Positions 12,701 to 21,562 of a stretch of 64,000 nt of DNA are shown piece after piece (the stretch's first letter is position 1; the number at the start of each line of letters is the position of its first letter). Position numbers and translations under genes: made by a program. The DNA lies in IMG/VR virus record IMGVR_UViG_3300032665_000006, positions 32,001 to 96,000 of that record; one strand, given 5' to 3'. The notes beneath the pieces were generated by a model that saw only the letters and a program-made list of their open reading frames with translations, was not told where the DNA came from and did not search any database. The stretch comes from a virus.

Positions 12701-15700
12701 CACAGGAACTTTGCGTATTAATGATACGGTAGTAACAGTGCCGGTAGCGCCAAATAACACAGTTGTTGGATTTGCGGCCGCTATCAATGCTGCTCGTATT
12801 CCTAATGTAGTAGCACAAGTAACATCTGATTTAGAATTTATTACAGATGGCACTACTAAAGTATTTAATATTGGCACTTTGTATGCTGATGCGAGTTCTT
12901 ATACTACTGTAGTTTATCTTGATAACATATTACAAACTGTTGGTGGAGATTATTCTTATGATCCAACAACACAAAACATTTATTTTGTTTATGCGCCAAC
13001 GCCTGGAAGAGTTGTAACAGTAGTATCTGGTCGTTTAACTATTTCTGTACAAAATGCTACCGCTGGAAATGCTAATAATTTAATTACTGTATTGCCAGGG
13101 CCAGTTAATTCAGTGTTTACACAGTTAGGATTTGATACTTTTGTATTCACACAACAAATTTTAAGCCCATTACCAGTAACTAATGGACAATTTGGAGCAA
13201 GTTTAAGTATTGATAGTAGTGCGGTTAATTTAATTGTTGGCTCTCCTAACGGTAACATTTACGAACCAACAACATTTGATGCTGGCCAAACATACTTCGA
13301 TGAACATAGTACTACATTCTACAACCCAGTTAACAATGGCGGCGTAGCATATACCTATGATTTCTTCCCAAGTAGTACTAATAATATCAATAATCCTGGA
13401 CAATTTGCGTTCGGCCAACAAATTTATAACAGTATTACTCAAACAGGAGACCATTTTGGAACTTCTGTTAACTATACTACTGGCAAATTAATGGTTGGTG
13501 CTACTGGTGGCACAATCGAAAACACAAGTTCTGCTGGTTATGTTACAGTATTTGATAATTTAGCAGACACACCAGCATGGGCACCGATACGCACACAACA
13601 ACCAGTAGTTGATGTATATGCTATTGATGGCGTATTCAGTTATAACGGCGGACAAGCAATAGGTGTAAATGTTACAGCTACTGGCGAAACACAAACATAT
13701 TTTGATTTCTTTGATCCATTACAAGGTAAAATCCTTGGGGTTGCTCGTAGAAACATTGATTATATTGGCGCAGTTGATCCTGCTCAGTATAATCAAGGCA
13801 CAGTTCATAACAACGGCCAGCAATGGGGTAGTGAACATATTGGCCAAATGTGGTGGGATACTGATACTGTAAGATTTATTGATCCTAACCAAGATGACAT
13901 AGTATATGCTAGTCGTCGTTGGGGCACAACCTTCCCAGGAAGTAGTGTAGACATTTATCAATGGGTAGAAAGTACCAACCCTCCAGCTAGTTATTCTGGT
14001 CAAGGAACTCCGTTAAGCTCAACAAGTTATTGCGTAGCATCACAATTAGGCACAAATAATATCTTTACTACATTATATTATTTCTGGGTTAAAGGTATTA
14101 CTACTATAGCATCTGGTGCTGGCAAAACATTAAGTTCTAGCGGCGTATCTAATTATATTTTAGATCCTCGTAGTAGCGGATTACCTTATATTGCTGGGCT
14201 TAATGCTTCGACTATAGCAATTTATAATGCCCAAAGTTTATTAAACGCAACTAATACTATTTTAAGTGTTGGTTTTGACCGTCAACTTAATGATGCGGTA
14301 ATACACCAAGAGTATCAGATTATTAAAGATGGTATTGCTAAATCTTTCTTAAACCCACAGCTATATCGTAAATTGTTAGATAGCTTCTGTGGAGTAGACA
14401 CAGCCGGCCACGCAGTACCAGATCCAACATTAAGCCTAGGAATGCAATTTGGAGTACAATTCCGTCCTCGTCAAAGTATGTTTGCTGACAGATTTACGGC
14501 TTTAGAAAACTATTTAGGCCGTGCCAATAATGTATTAGCACAATTCCCTATTACTGAAACTCGTAGTTTCAACTTATTAAATGCTTCGGAACCAACTCCA
14601 GCCGCAAATAGTGGTGCTTGGAATTTTGAAGTAGCTAATTTGGAAATTTTAGGTTATCAAAATCTTAACATTGTGCCGGTTGGCTACAAGTATCTTGTGT
14701 TGTCCGATAGTAGTCAAGCAGGCTTATGGACAATTTATGAAGTACAAGCCGATAAAACATTAGCGTTGATACAAGTACAAAGTTATAATACTCCATCTTA
14801 CTGGTATTATATCAATTGGTACTTGCCTGGATATAATTCTACAGTTGCGCCAGTCGCAGCAGTACAAAATTATGGACAGTTATCAACATTGACTTATGCT
14901 CAAGCACCTGTTGGCTCATCAGTTCGTGTTATTACTAACGGTTCTGGTAAATGGGAAATTTATTTGCGTACAGGATTAAATCCTGTTACTGATTGGCAAC
15001 GAGTAGGATTAGAAGACGGCACAATAGCATTTGCTGAAGATTTATGGAATTACTCAGTTGGTAACTTTGGATTTGATTCTCAAGTATTTGATTCTCAATA
15101 CTTTGACGAAACACCACAAACTGAAACTCGTTATATTATTCGTGCGTTAAATGAAGAAATTTATATCGACGAATTACAAATAGAGCGTAATAGTAGTTTA
15201 ATCTTAGTCTTTAATTATGTTTACAGTGAATTTACAGATCCATCGTGGTTAATTAAAACGAGTTATGTCGATGTAAATCACAATATTCGTTCTTTATTGC
15301 CGTACCAAACATACTTGTCTGATAATCAAGACTTTGTATTAAATTATTTCCAAGAAGTTAAACCTTACCATGTCCAAGTTCGACAATTTAATTTAATATA
15401 CACCGGCGAAGATGATTTCTTAGGCGATATTACTGATTATGATTTGCCAGCTTATTGGAATTCTACTTTAGAGGTTCCTCAGTTTGTTAGTCCAATATTA
15501 ACTCCTTATACAGAAGCAGTTACAACTAATTACTCAACTGTAAGTGATACTCCGCCTAACGCACAAATTTGGCAATCACCAAGTTTATATAGTCAATGGT
15601 TTGAAAATTATTTCCTAACTGTTGAAAAAGCTGTAATTGTTAAGAGTGGAGCAGGATACACTTCTGCGCCTGTTGTTACTGTAACTGGTACTTGTGTAAC

Positions 15701-18700
15701 ACCGGCTGTGATGACAGCAATTATTAATTCAACTGGACAAGTAATTGGAATTACCGTAGTAAATCCTGGATCAGGTTACACAACCGATGCTACTATTACA
15801 ATCAGTGGTGGTGGCTTACCGGGCGATCCAACTACATGGGTGGCAAATTTAGCAGTAAATTCAAACGCATCTATTATTACATCTTGGAATAATATCTATC
15901 AAGTTGTTACTGGCGGCAATTTAGGAAATATTGAACCTATTGGAACAGGAACAGTAGTCAACGGAAGTGCTACATTAGAGTTTGTTGGGCAAATAGCACA
16001 AGCAGTATCAATAATGGGTAATCCATTAGTTCGTTCCTTTAATGTTACATTAAAATATGACCGTTATGAATATCAGTCAACTATTATTGATTGGGAAGCT
16101 AACACAACTTATGAAAATGGCACTCAGGTTCGATATGACAATATAGTATGGAGTGCTAACGGCACCGGTGGATCAGTAACAAATTCTGTATTTGATCCAA
16201 CACAATGGACAAAAGTTGATGCTAACTTGTTGAGCGGCGTAAATCGCACAATGGGTTATTATGTTAGTACTGTAAACAATCCTGGTTTATCGTTACCGTT
16301 ATTAATTGATGGCATAGATTATCCAGGCGTTCAAGTAGCAGCATTAACATTTGAGCAAGATACTGGATATGACCGCGGAAGTTTTGACATTAACCCATTT
16401 GATAATATTTCTTACGATCCTAATGGTCAACCAACTTACGATTTAGGCTTATTAGATACAATATTTGAAAGTAGCTATTTAGATCCGTACTTAGGAACTC
16501 GTCCAACTTCAATCAATGTAGATGGCGGCAAGTATGTTGACGCATTTGAAAGTCACGCACCAGAAGAATTAGTGCCAGGCATTGAATTTGACACCTTAGA
16601 TATGCGTGTTTATACAACACCGGGTGCTGACTGGCAGGGCCTTGGACATGGCTTTCCACAAGCAGTAAAACAAATTATATACAACAGTAGTAGTCCAACT
16701 ACAAGTTTTGCTGGATTATTCCCATATCCATTTGATATAGAAATTACTGATGCTACACAAGGTTACGATTTATCCGAAGGCGTAGATTATACTGTTGATT
16801 GGCCAAACCAAACCTTTACTATTAATACATCTTCAAGATTAATAGCTAACGGCGACCAATTAGGTATATATGTGTATGAATTAGGCGGCGGAAACCAAGT
16901 TTATAAGAATGTTTATAACGGTGCTGATGTAGGAAATACTATTATTGTTCCTGTAGCATACTATCAAGCAGACGGGACCACACCAGCAATCCAAGAATTT
17001 GTTATATTTGTTAATGGAAATTATTTAAATAATACCAATTACACTTATGCGTATAATTCATTTAGCACAACTCGTTTAAAATTTACAACAACATATACAT
17101 CAACTGACTTTATAAGTTTAGTAGTAATTGAGCCTACAACTATCAATGATGTAACTACTGATTATAGTTGGAGTTTACCAGTATCTCAAGAAATTACAGT
17201 AACAGCAACAGGGCAACTTGTATATTCATTGAATCCAGCATTTAGTTTATCTTACACAAATGCTGTTAATGCTATAGTTACAGTTGGCGGTATTACTGCT
17301 ATTGGTGCCGCAGGCGTTCCTTATGTAGGCGATGGTACAACAACTACATTTGAGTTCCCACAACGACTTAATGTTGATCCTACAACTATTCCAAGCGGTA
17401 ATGTGTTAGTTTATCTTGCTGGAACTTATATTCTGCCGTTTAACTATTCAATAACCACTAGTGGCGGTAATGCGTATGTACAATTTAATACAGCTCCAAC
17501 TGCTGGCGCAGAAATATACATAGCAACAAATATTTCTGCTCAGTATATTATTGATCCAATTGCTCAAACTTTAACTTTTGTATCAGGCGCAGGCATCATT
17601 CCGCGAGCTGGACAATTAATTTCAGTAACAACATTCAATGATACTCGTGAACAAAGATTATCAACTCAAATTTTCTATGGTCCTGTTACCGAAGGTGTAG
17701 CTGTTTATGAAGCATTTGATTCAACAGATTTTGATAATCCGCCTGGCGCTCCATCATCAGATCCTGGCGAATACGATGCTACCGTAGGTGAAGTTGTTTA
17801 TGTTAATGATTTAGTATTATATCAATCTTATAAAGACATTGCTCGCCCTTGGGTATCACTGAATGGTAAAACATTAACTGCTTATTTAGATTATACTATT
17901 GATGGCAATGTATTGAATTTAAACAATCGTGTTTTACAAACTACTGATGTGTTAGTAGTAACCAATGTAACAAGTTCAGTAGTTCCAGAAACTATGGAAT
18001 TCCGTATATTCCAAGATATGCGCGGAGTTCAAGCAACATATCGTATGACTCCTGCTACAACTACATCAGTAACTCAACCGGTAACATCAACTGATGATAT
18101 TATTCATGTTGCCGACGCCGGTGCGTTAACTATTCCAAACTTTGCTGCTAATGTTTGGGGTGTAGTAACAATCGATGGCGAGCGCATTATGTATCGAGAT
18201 ATTGATTTATCAACTAATACTATTTCTAGTTTACTTCGTGGCACAGCTGGAACGGCTGCTGCTCCTCACGCAGTTGGCGCATTAGTATATGATATGGGCC
18301 GTGGTAACTTAATGCCAGAAGAATTCCAAAATTATGTTCAAAGTAATTATTTCTTAGGCGATAGTACAACTAATGTGTTTGTTACAGATATCAATCTTAA
18401 CAATGCTAATGATTGGACTGGCTCTATCCCTTACGATAGTACCCTTTATTCGACTACTGGCCCAGATGGCGAGTACGATCCAGGCATGGGTAGCAACATA
18501 GAAGCAGTAGAAGTTTATTTAGGCGGCGAATTACAAACTAGTGGATACGGCATAACTAACACAGATACTGTAACAGTAGCATTTGAAACTCCGCCAGCAG
18601 ACGGCGAAGGGGTTACTATATTAGTACGGCGTGGGGTAACTTGGTATGCTCAGGGAGCAGGCACACCGTCTAATGGGGTTCCTTTACAGGAAACTAATAC

Positions 18701-18734
18701 TCCTGCGGCGCTCTTTTTAAGGGGTATAAATTAA
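3720..18734 (+). CDS. Giant virion structural protein (5004 aa), probable baseplate wedge/adhesin fusion
   Basis: Uninterrupted 15-kb ORF coupled to the gp6-like gene (TAATG). Thr/Asn/Ser-rich beta-sandwich repeats, seven FG-GAP-like repeats, EVKPYH motif and GSGYT..P repeats. Confidence 0.75.
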   Translation: MAAKIRSVDFLPEIFQTPVNKQFLDATLDQLIQEPKYKQTQGYIGQKVGPGVNPADNYVVEPTKVRNDYQLEPGIVSLSPTTSKIDDVITYPGIIDALSTQGGITNQADRLFESEYYSWDPFVDFDKLNNYAQYYWVPNGPDLVTVAPTAIPTEQTFTVTRTNGAYTFSGYTGNNPELTLVRNGSYNFVIAQTDPVTVQYRVTNNGSSSWAINYQPNPTLTLVRGNTYIFNLIQTANYAFYIKTQESYGTTNLWTEGVTNGGAAQGQVTFTVPQDAPDTLYYCNDLEFNLRGQLNIIDASAGTGPEFWIQTEPGVDGRLPWSPNISDRDVLGVVNNGIDLGTVTFNVPDVNAQNFYYSMPYIGYPTSTTGKVDLICSSFTYDQLNGVSVQQFLTNNPQGIDGITNLNSRTLIFTTQSSDPDSGGWYNVTPFDPLQPSDNNQTGAFDTTAFAEATPITDPSIQFSLWQIQYVNDVNGVPFIKLNSILSISDLTQFSVAYGAQYINTQWYKNAEGFFTQMPLLTAALPQLYYQDSIDPSIFGVINLIEGNTNNNVPPLSITNITSTGTSVTLTFAAQQTAPYSIGSTIIVSEVNPAQYNGDYVVTGCTTSTVTYSSTVTESYVNSGTINAISINAFINVDTDILGKTNYVSPNGVTFTNGLKIVFEGTVYPSSYVGNTYYVQGVGSSIVLVPETSLVVPETYAVEIDGEPVVPDYMTINMASQDLNPWSRSNRWFHIDVIDAAAAYNDIVPDFTNVQRANRPILEFRAGTKLFNFGTQGLPAINIIDFTQTNALLNVNGQPSYGVDGYNLVDGSLVIFAADSNPEVANQIYQVNFVVVDPEVSTVPIIDLTPTSYSPALANQTTVCLNGNTLTGQSFYYNGVSWSPPQNPWIISSSTQPANTTPVVQSYATQVLAEGLNATQQKSTVNQPPLFDVYDINGYSFGDIEKYPSTNFTGCKLLSYAENPDNPADAVLGIPLAFFSIDNIGDILFDNNLYNDTFIYTPSGTGTTVNVSSGFVYQYSDRIAFTPEIGWQTAAIPSLPRQQFQFSYAGVPLQLDIAVETSLDVPAVQVFVNNVYQVPSIYTLSVNTTTNVSTITLNGTYVTGDIIEILAYSSQVSAQGFYEVPINLENNPFNGNSKQFSLGTIRNHYGTICENLVDLQGPINGRNNTRDLGDIVPFGQLILQQSSPLTLAGYFLRSPNYDIFAALEYNSREYIKYKNKLLTAVTQLNLNGTETVSQILDLGVRNITQSLTSSDPFYWSDMLPVGTNYTSSTTVVNPITTATFNTIQTYDFTSSNYLGLLVYVNNVLLVRNSQYVVSPDAPKLTILIPLNVGDVVTINEYPTTVASWCPNTPSKMGLYPKYTPSIFVDETYSEPTVVIQGHDGSITIAFGDIRDQVLLEFEKRIYDNIKVDDNPIPLTTDEVDPDFYPAQTTALLPGFFRKTPYSYEEVNQIMSEDFLTWVGQNKVDYTQQNYVADNPFTYNYIQAANRIDGTEFLQGNWRGIYRYFYDTETPNTTPWEMVGFSEEPAWWITRYGPAPYTDGNTVLWDDMELGLVADPTGPYVLPEYARPGLSEIIPAGSEGELLPPFESVMGKNDPYGFQQSWVAGDGGPVQASWWKSSSYPFAIMRLLALTKPAQFFSLFADRDLYRYNTTLGQYLMNNRYRLDASGVQVYGNGVSKASYINWIVDYNQQTGINSTTALTEDLANLDVRLCYRMASFSDPVYVQLFTERAGPNSTNNSLLIPPTSYDLLFYKNQPFNQITYSSVIVQVEELEGGGIGYSVFGYSNVQPYFEILVSSPVGLYQTISAGDITVQVPSQYTANVKQIPYGYVFTSPASVCDFLLGYGAWLTSQGLVFDDIYNGYTLDWKQMAQEFLYFGAQGWQAGTMINLNPCATTIKASQPISIVDTIASVTPENMLLDQNRFVLDVRTMVVNRNGNEFSVTTTNGQTINYLTLKFTNYEDMIVLNNTSQYNDLIYDPITAARQVRLSLIASTTTEWDGQLNAQGFILNLNNVQEWQQYHKYTKGEIVLYKNTYWQAIDISEPQETFNYADWVKSDYQAIDNGLLPNLANKADQLVDTYNVYTANLTSDNDLFAFGLIGFRPRTYMSDMNLNGVTQVQIYQQFLGSKGTLKAAEIFNTAQLNGKESGAYNVYENWGVLSGTYGAQANKSYFEIQLNQALLPYNPSTIQIINPGQTSQANQAVYLNNLWRESYNITSPDILPTTYENSSLSSALPSAGYVCLDDVDVTVFSLEDPSAISADINNIGIGTYIWIAKINSYDWGVYRVASVPGQMIQLTDNLDGTSIVQFNAAHNLSVADLIIIKYFNVGANGVYRVLSVPTPTTLTIAFSFTNTNVTTISGNGLVFHLQSARVSQASDIASLPYVNSLVPGAIAWIDNNGDGHWETVQKQTPFTTSSTIAPGLVASNQYGASIAQTQNNFAALVGAPTGEAGAGSVLTYFKSVINDYQFGTTLSLGVPETSNFGNMLAFGNSNWAIAGANTSMSGTGYAAVIYRDSALNSMAIAQILVPPDLNFGAIGFGTSGAISLDEKWLYVGAPGANTVYAYEKIEVEIQTVAYTVENNALVYQYSNEIQVNSQYPGQMIVTLSGFKLTPGVDYTLNQNNLIFTAPPTNGQKLVMTRNLETQLDDYYYYGVQQNSTSGTGVGAVFTVENTRGEYYVTLADGGSSYRVNDTLTIDGTQIGGTAPANNLVITVTAKNTLGQITGFSYIGNGPSNTNNFALNQYLYNATSISSFVVKVNGVIQRPYIDYTFDNNTTVLTFVTIPGLGAKINVITSTYWQYVTNITSSSSISGDMFGASVTTTTDGRQIIVGAPNADINGATDAGVVYVFDRSVIRYIVSNPAQMTYTVPGNVTGPVAVSVNETFLLTTAQAVLGQFTVNGNNIVFSNIEFNYGDIIEIETNQIVQIQELVSDTVDAEANYGLALDACPLNCSLYIGAPFDSTHLLDAGSVDHQVNQSRVYGVTTSTIANPTLFGTGTLRINDTVVTVPVAPNNTVVGFAAAINAARIPNVVAQVTSDLEFITDGTTKVFNIGTLYADASSYTTVVYLDNILQTVGGDYSYDPTTQNIYFVYAPTPGRVVTVVSGRLTISVQNATAGNANNLITVLPGPVNSVFTQLGFDTFVFTQQILSPLPVTNGQFGASLSIDSSAVNLIVGSPNGNIYEPTTFDAGQTYFDEHSTTFYNPVNNGGVAYTYDFFPSSTNNINNPGQFAFGQQIYNSITQTGDHFGTSVNYTTGKLMVGATGGTIENTSSAGYVTVFDNLADTPAWAPIRTQQPVVDVYAIDGVFSYNGGQAIGVNVTATGETQTYFDFFDPLQGKILGVARRNIDYIGAVDPAQYNQGTVHNNGQQWGSEHIGQMWWDTDTVRFIDPNQDDIVYASRRWGTTFPGSSVDIYQWVESTNPPASYSGQGTPLSSTSYCVASQLGTNNIFTTLYYFWVKGITTIASGAGKTLSSSGVSNYILDPRSSGLPYIAGLNASTIAIYNAQSLLNATNTILSVGFDRQLNDAVIHQEYQIIKDGIAKSFLNPQLYRKLLDSFCGVDTAGHAVPDPTLSLGMQFGVQFRPRQSMFADRFTALENYLGRANNVLAQFPITETRSFNLLNASEPTPAANSGAWNFEVANLEILGYQNLNIVPVGYKYLVLSDSSQAGLWTIYEVQADKTLALIQVQSYNTPSYWYYINWYLPGYNSTVAPVAAVQNYGQLSTLTYAQAPVGSSVRVITNGSGKWEIYLRTGLNPVTDWQRVGLEDGTIAFAEDLWNYSVGNFGFDSQVFDSQYFDETPQTETRYIIRALNEEIYIDELQIERNSSLILVFNYVYSEFTDPSWLIKTSYVDVNHNIRSLLPYQTYLSDNQDFVLNYFQEVKPYHVQVRQFNLIYTGEDDFLGDITDYDLPAYWNSTLEVPQFVSPILTPYTEAVTTNYSTVSDTPPNAQIWQSPSLYSQWFENYFLTVEKAVIVKSGAGYTSAPVVTVTGTCVTPAVMTAIINSTGQVIGITVVNPGSGYTTDATITISGGGLPGDPTTWVANLAVNSNASIITSWNNIYQVVTGGNLGNIEPIGTGTVVNGSATLEFVGQIAQAVSIMGNPLVRSFNVTLKYDRYEYQSTIIDWEANTTYENGTQVRYDNIVWSANGTGGSVTNSVFDPTQWTKVDANLLSGVNRTMGYYVSTVNNPGLSLPLLIDGIDYPGVQVAALTFEQDTGYDRGSFDINPFDNISYDPNGQPTYDLGLLDTIFESSYLDPYLGTRPTSINVDGGKYVDAFESHAPEELVPGIEFDTLDMRVYTTPGADWQGLGHGFPQAVKQIIYNSSSPTTSFAGLFPYPFDIEITDATQGYDLSEGVDYTVDWPNQTFTINTSSRLIANGDQLGIYVYELGGGNQVYKNVYNGADVGNTIIVPVAYYQADGTTPAIQEFVIFVNGNYLNNTNYTYAYNSFSTTRLKFTTTYTSTDFISLVVIEPTTINDVTTDYSWSLPVSQEITVTATGQLVYSLNPAFSLSYTNAVNAIVTVGGITAIGAAGVPYVGDGTTTTFEFPQRLNVDPTTIPSGNVLVYLAGTYILPFNYSITTSGGNAYVQFNTAPTAGAEIYIATNISAQYIIDPIAQTLTFVSGAGIIPRAGQLISVTTFNDTREQRLSTQIFYGPVTEGVAVYEAFDSTDFDNPPGAPSSDPGEYDATVGEVVYVNDLVLYQSYKDIARPWVSLNGKTLTAYLDYTIDGNVLNLNNRVLQTTDVLVVTNVTSSVVPETMEFRIFQDMRGVQATYRMTPATTTSVTQPVTSTDDIIHVADAGALTIPNFAANVWGVVTIDGERIMYRDIDLSTNTISSLLRGTAGTAAAPHAVGALVYDMGRGNLMPEEFQNYVQSNYFLGDSTTNVFVTDINLNNANDWTGSIPYDSTLYSTTGPDGEYDPGMGSNIEAVEVYLGGELQTSGYGITNTDTVTVAFETPPADGEGVTILVRRGVTWYAQGAGTPSNGVPLQETNTPAALFLRGIN

Positions 18735-18787
18735 GGTAAATATCTATAAGGTTTACACTGGGTACGAATCATAATAAATAAAGAACG

Positions 18788-18931
18788 ATGGAAAATAAAA
18801 CACCAACACAGCAACAAGAGCAAGTTAAACCTGAAAAACGGCCTAATGATACTGGGTCAGTAACTGTAGATGGTTTTGTGAAGATTTTTGACCCAAAAAC
18901 TCGCAAAGTATTTGTGGAGCAGAAAGCATGA
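18788..18931 (+). CDS. 47-aa protein not in the ORF track (MENKTPTQ...VDGFVKIFDPKTRKVFVEQKA)
   Basis: ATG 7 nt after TAAATA (18775-18780), ATGA overlap with the next gene, and similarity to the next gene's N-terminus. Confidence 0.7.
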   Translation: MENKTPTQQQEQVKPEKRPNDTGSVTVDGFVKIFDPKTRKVFVEQKA

Positions 18932-19536
18932 TTATTCAACCAGGTTTAGCAAAGATAGAAGGATTTATCAAAATAACAGATCCAATCACCGGTGAAGTTT
19001 TAGTAGATAAAAAGAACGCCATCAATTACGAAAATATTTCAATTGCTATGGCTAGTACCCTTTCAAATGCCCCAACAGGCTGGATTTATACTATGGCATT
19101 TGGAAATGGCGGATCAGCAGTTGATCCTACTGGAGTTATCACATATTTGCCACCTAATGTAACTGGGCAAAATGCTAGTTTATACAATGAAACTTATGCT
19201 CAAGTAGTAGATCAAAATTCAGCCGCAAACTTAGACCCCGCTAATAACAATATGACGGTGTTGCATACCTCAGGAAACCCATATACAGACATTTTAGTAT
19301 CTTGTTTGTTAGATTATGGTCAACCTGCTGGGCAACAAGCGTTTGATAATAGCACCAATTTCAATGGAGAATATGTATTTGATGAACTAGGATTACAATG
19401 TTGGAACGGTTCTGCTACAGATTTGTTCTTAATCACCCATGTCATATTCCATCCGGTCCAGAAAAGTTTGAACCGTCAAATTCAAATTGACTACACTTTG
19501 CGGATACAAACTTTGACAAATTTAAGTGCGGCATAA
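18928..19536 (+). CDS. Putative virion structural protein (202 aa)
   Basis: Lies in the structural operon; 'YVFDELGL...LITHVIFHPVQKSLNRQIQIDYTLRI' resembles baseplate/tail-collar fold proteins. Confidence 0.55.
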   Translation: MIIQPGLAKIEGFIKITDPITGEVLVDKKNAINYENISIAMASTLSNAPTGWIYTMAFGNGGSAVDPTGVITYLPPNVTGQNASLYNETYAQVVDQNSAANLDPANNNMTVLHTSGNPYTDILVSCLLDYGQPAGQQAFDNSTNFNGEYVFDELGLQCWNGSATDLFLITHVIFHPVQKSLNRQIQIDYTLRIQTLTNLSAA

Positions 19537-20211
19537 ATGTATTATATATATTATCTAATTGACCCGCGTACTAGCCTTCCGTTTTATGTAGGAAAAGGCA
19601 AAGGTAATCGGGCATACGATCATTTAAACGGGCGCGACGCTGGCATTAACAAACGAAAAGATGCAAAGATTGCTAAAATTCGTAGACTTGGATTAGAACC
19701 AACTGTTGAATATCCGGTTACTAATATTATTGACGAGAATTTAGCATATCGACTCGAAGATGATCATATATTAATGTTTGGTCGTAAAGATTATGATGCT
19801 AACGGAATACTTACCAATATATGTATTAATGCTGTTTCGTCAGCAAAAATGCCAGAAGCAAGAGAAAAAAATCGACTTGCTCATTTAGGTAAAGTAACTA
19901 GTGAAAAAACTAAAGAAAAACAAAGTTTAACAGCATTATCCAAAGGTGATAATCACCAAGCAAAATCATCAGAAAGTCGGTTAAAGAGAAGTATTGCTAT
20001 GTTGGCTAAGGGTGAACAGCATCATAATAAAACACTCGAAGCTAGAGCAAAAATAACAGATTCTGCCGAAAAAACCCCAGTAATAGTAGAAGGAATTTTA
20101 TATCGTTCTCTAACTGAAGCGGCAAAATCATTAAAATTAGGCAAAAGTAAAATTTTTTATAGATTAAAAAGTCCTAATTTTCCTACATACAACTATGTTG
20201 AAAGAGCATAA
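19537..20211 (+). mobile_element. Free-standing GIY-YIG-type homing endonuclease with NUMOD-like DNA-binding tail
   Basis: N-terminal YIYYLIDP..PFYVGKG..R motif, basic repeated linker, C-terminal 'VEGILYRSLTEAAKSL' HTH-like motif. Lys-rich composition differs from the structural neighbours. Confidence 0.75.
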
Positions 20212-20262
20212 ATATGTATATATTAAATGGCCATAAATAATAAAAAGGACGGAGTAAACTAA

Positions 20263-21549
20263 ATGTCATATACAATTAATCTAACAAATGGTAATATTTT
20301 ATGTACCATTCCAGATGGAACTATCAATTCATCTGCTTGTTCACAAGTCTTAGTCGGCAAAAACTATGCTGGCTACGGTCAATTTCTGGATGACAATTTC
20401 GTACATTTGTTAGAAAATGCTGCTAACAGCACTCCGCCATCAGCCCCTTTAACAGGACAATTATGGTTTGATACTACAACTAGTGTTCTACAAGTTTATA
20501 ATGGCACAGGCTTTAAGTCATTAGGCGGCTCACAAGCATCTGGTACAGCTCCAACAAATAACTCCGTTGGCGATTTATGGTATAACTCCACAGCACAACA
20601 ATTAAATGTATGGACAGGTTCCGCATGGTTATTAGTTGGTCCAATTTATAATTCAACTACAGGTATTACTGGAGCTCTGCCAGCTACTATCCTTGATAAT
20701 ACAGCTACATCACACATTGTTGTAGAATTATATGTAAACAATACAATCGTCGGCTTTATTTCTGAAGATGCTTCCTTTACTCCACAAACAGCTATCCCAG
20801 GATTTACAACAATTCGTCCAGGTATTACACTTGCTACAAGTATTGGTTCACAAGTTCCTTTATTCCAAGGCACAGCATCTAACTCATTAAGTTTAAATGG
20901 TGTATCTGGTACTTCGTTTATGCGTACAGATGCTAATACATCTACTACAGGCACATTAACTGTACTTAATAACACAGGATTGGCAGTAGGCGCTAACAGT
21001 GATTTTAAAGTTAGTGTATCTGGCGTAAATGTTAATTTAACTAATTCTGATAACAACGGCAATATTAATTTTGTTGTTAATAAAGCAGGAACTCCATCAA
21101 CAGCGATGACAATTAATGGCGCTACTGGAATTGTCAGTGGTGCGTATGGTATTACAGCTAACTATGCTGACGTAGCAGAACGCTTTGAAGCTGATACAGC
21201 TTATGCGCCAGGCACAGTAGTTGAGCTTGGCGGATCTGCTGAAATTACAAAATCCAATACAGAACTAAGTGAATCTGTATTTGGTGTGATAAGTACAAAA
21301 GCAGCTTACTTAATGAATAATGGCGCAGGTGACGATATAACACATCCTCCAGTTGCTATGACAGGCCGTGTACCAGTTCAGGTTACGGGTGTTGTACAAA
21401 AGGGTGACCGTTTAGTTTCCGCAGGTAATGGTATGGCAAGAGCTGCTAAAGCAGGCGAAGCAACGGCATTTAATGTTATCGGCCGCTCACTCGTAGACAA
21501 ATTAGATTCCGGCATTGGTTCCGTTGAAGCTATTGTCACTATCAAATAA
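20263..21549 (+). CDS. Tail fibre/baseplate-attached structural protein (428 aa)
   Basis: GKNYAGYGQ...LLEN...GQLWFD and GDLWYN repeats; C-terminal YADVAERFEAD...GVIS..GRVPV domain typical of phage fibre C-termini; GGAG SD. Confidence 0.65.
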   Translation: MSYTINLTNGNILCTIPDGTINSSACSQVLVGKNYAGYGQFLDDNFVHLLENAANSTPPSAPLTGQLWFDTTTSVLQVYNGTGFKSLGGSQASGTAPTNNSVGDLWYNSTAQQLNVWTGSAWLLVGPIYNSTTGITGALPATILDNTATSHIVVELYVNNTIVGFISEDASFTPQTAIPGFTTIRPGITLATSIGSQVPLFQGTASNSLSLNGVSGTSFMRTDANTSTTGTLTVLNNTGLAVGANSDFKVSVSGVNVNLTNSDNNGNINFVVNKAGTPSTAMTINGATGIVSGAYGITANYADVAERFEADTAYAPGTVVELGGSAEITKSNTELSESVFGVISTKAAYLMNNGAGDDITHPPVAMTGRVPVQVTGVVQKGDRLVSAGNGMARAAKAGEATAFNVIGRSLVDKLDSGIGSVEAIVTIK

Positions 21550-21562
21550 TTAGGGAACAAGA

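Noticed and set aside
15060-17790. Recurrent [FY]Dxxx[FY]D motifs in the giant protein as a DNA-level repeat system
   Set aside because: The similarity is only at the protein level and irregularly spaced; it is most simply a structural or ion-binding motif.
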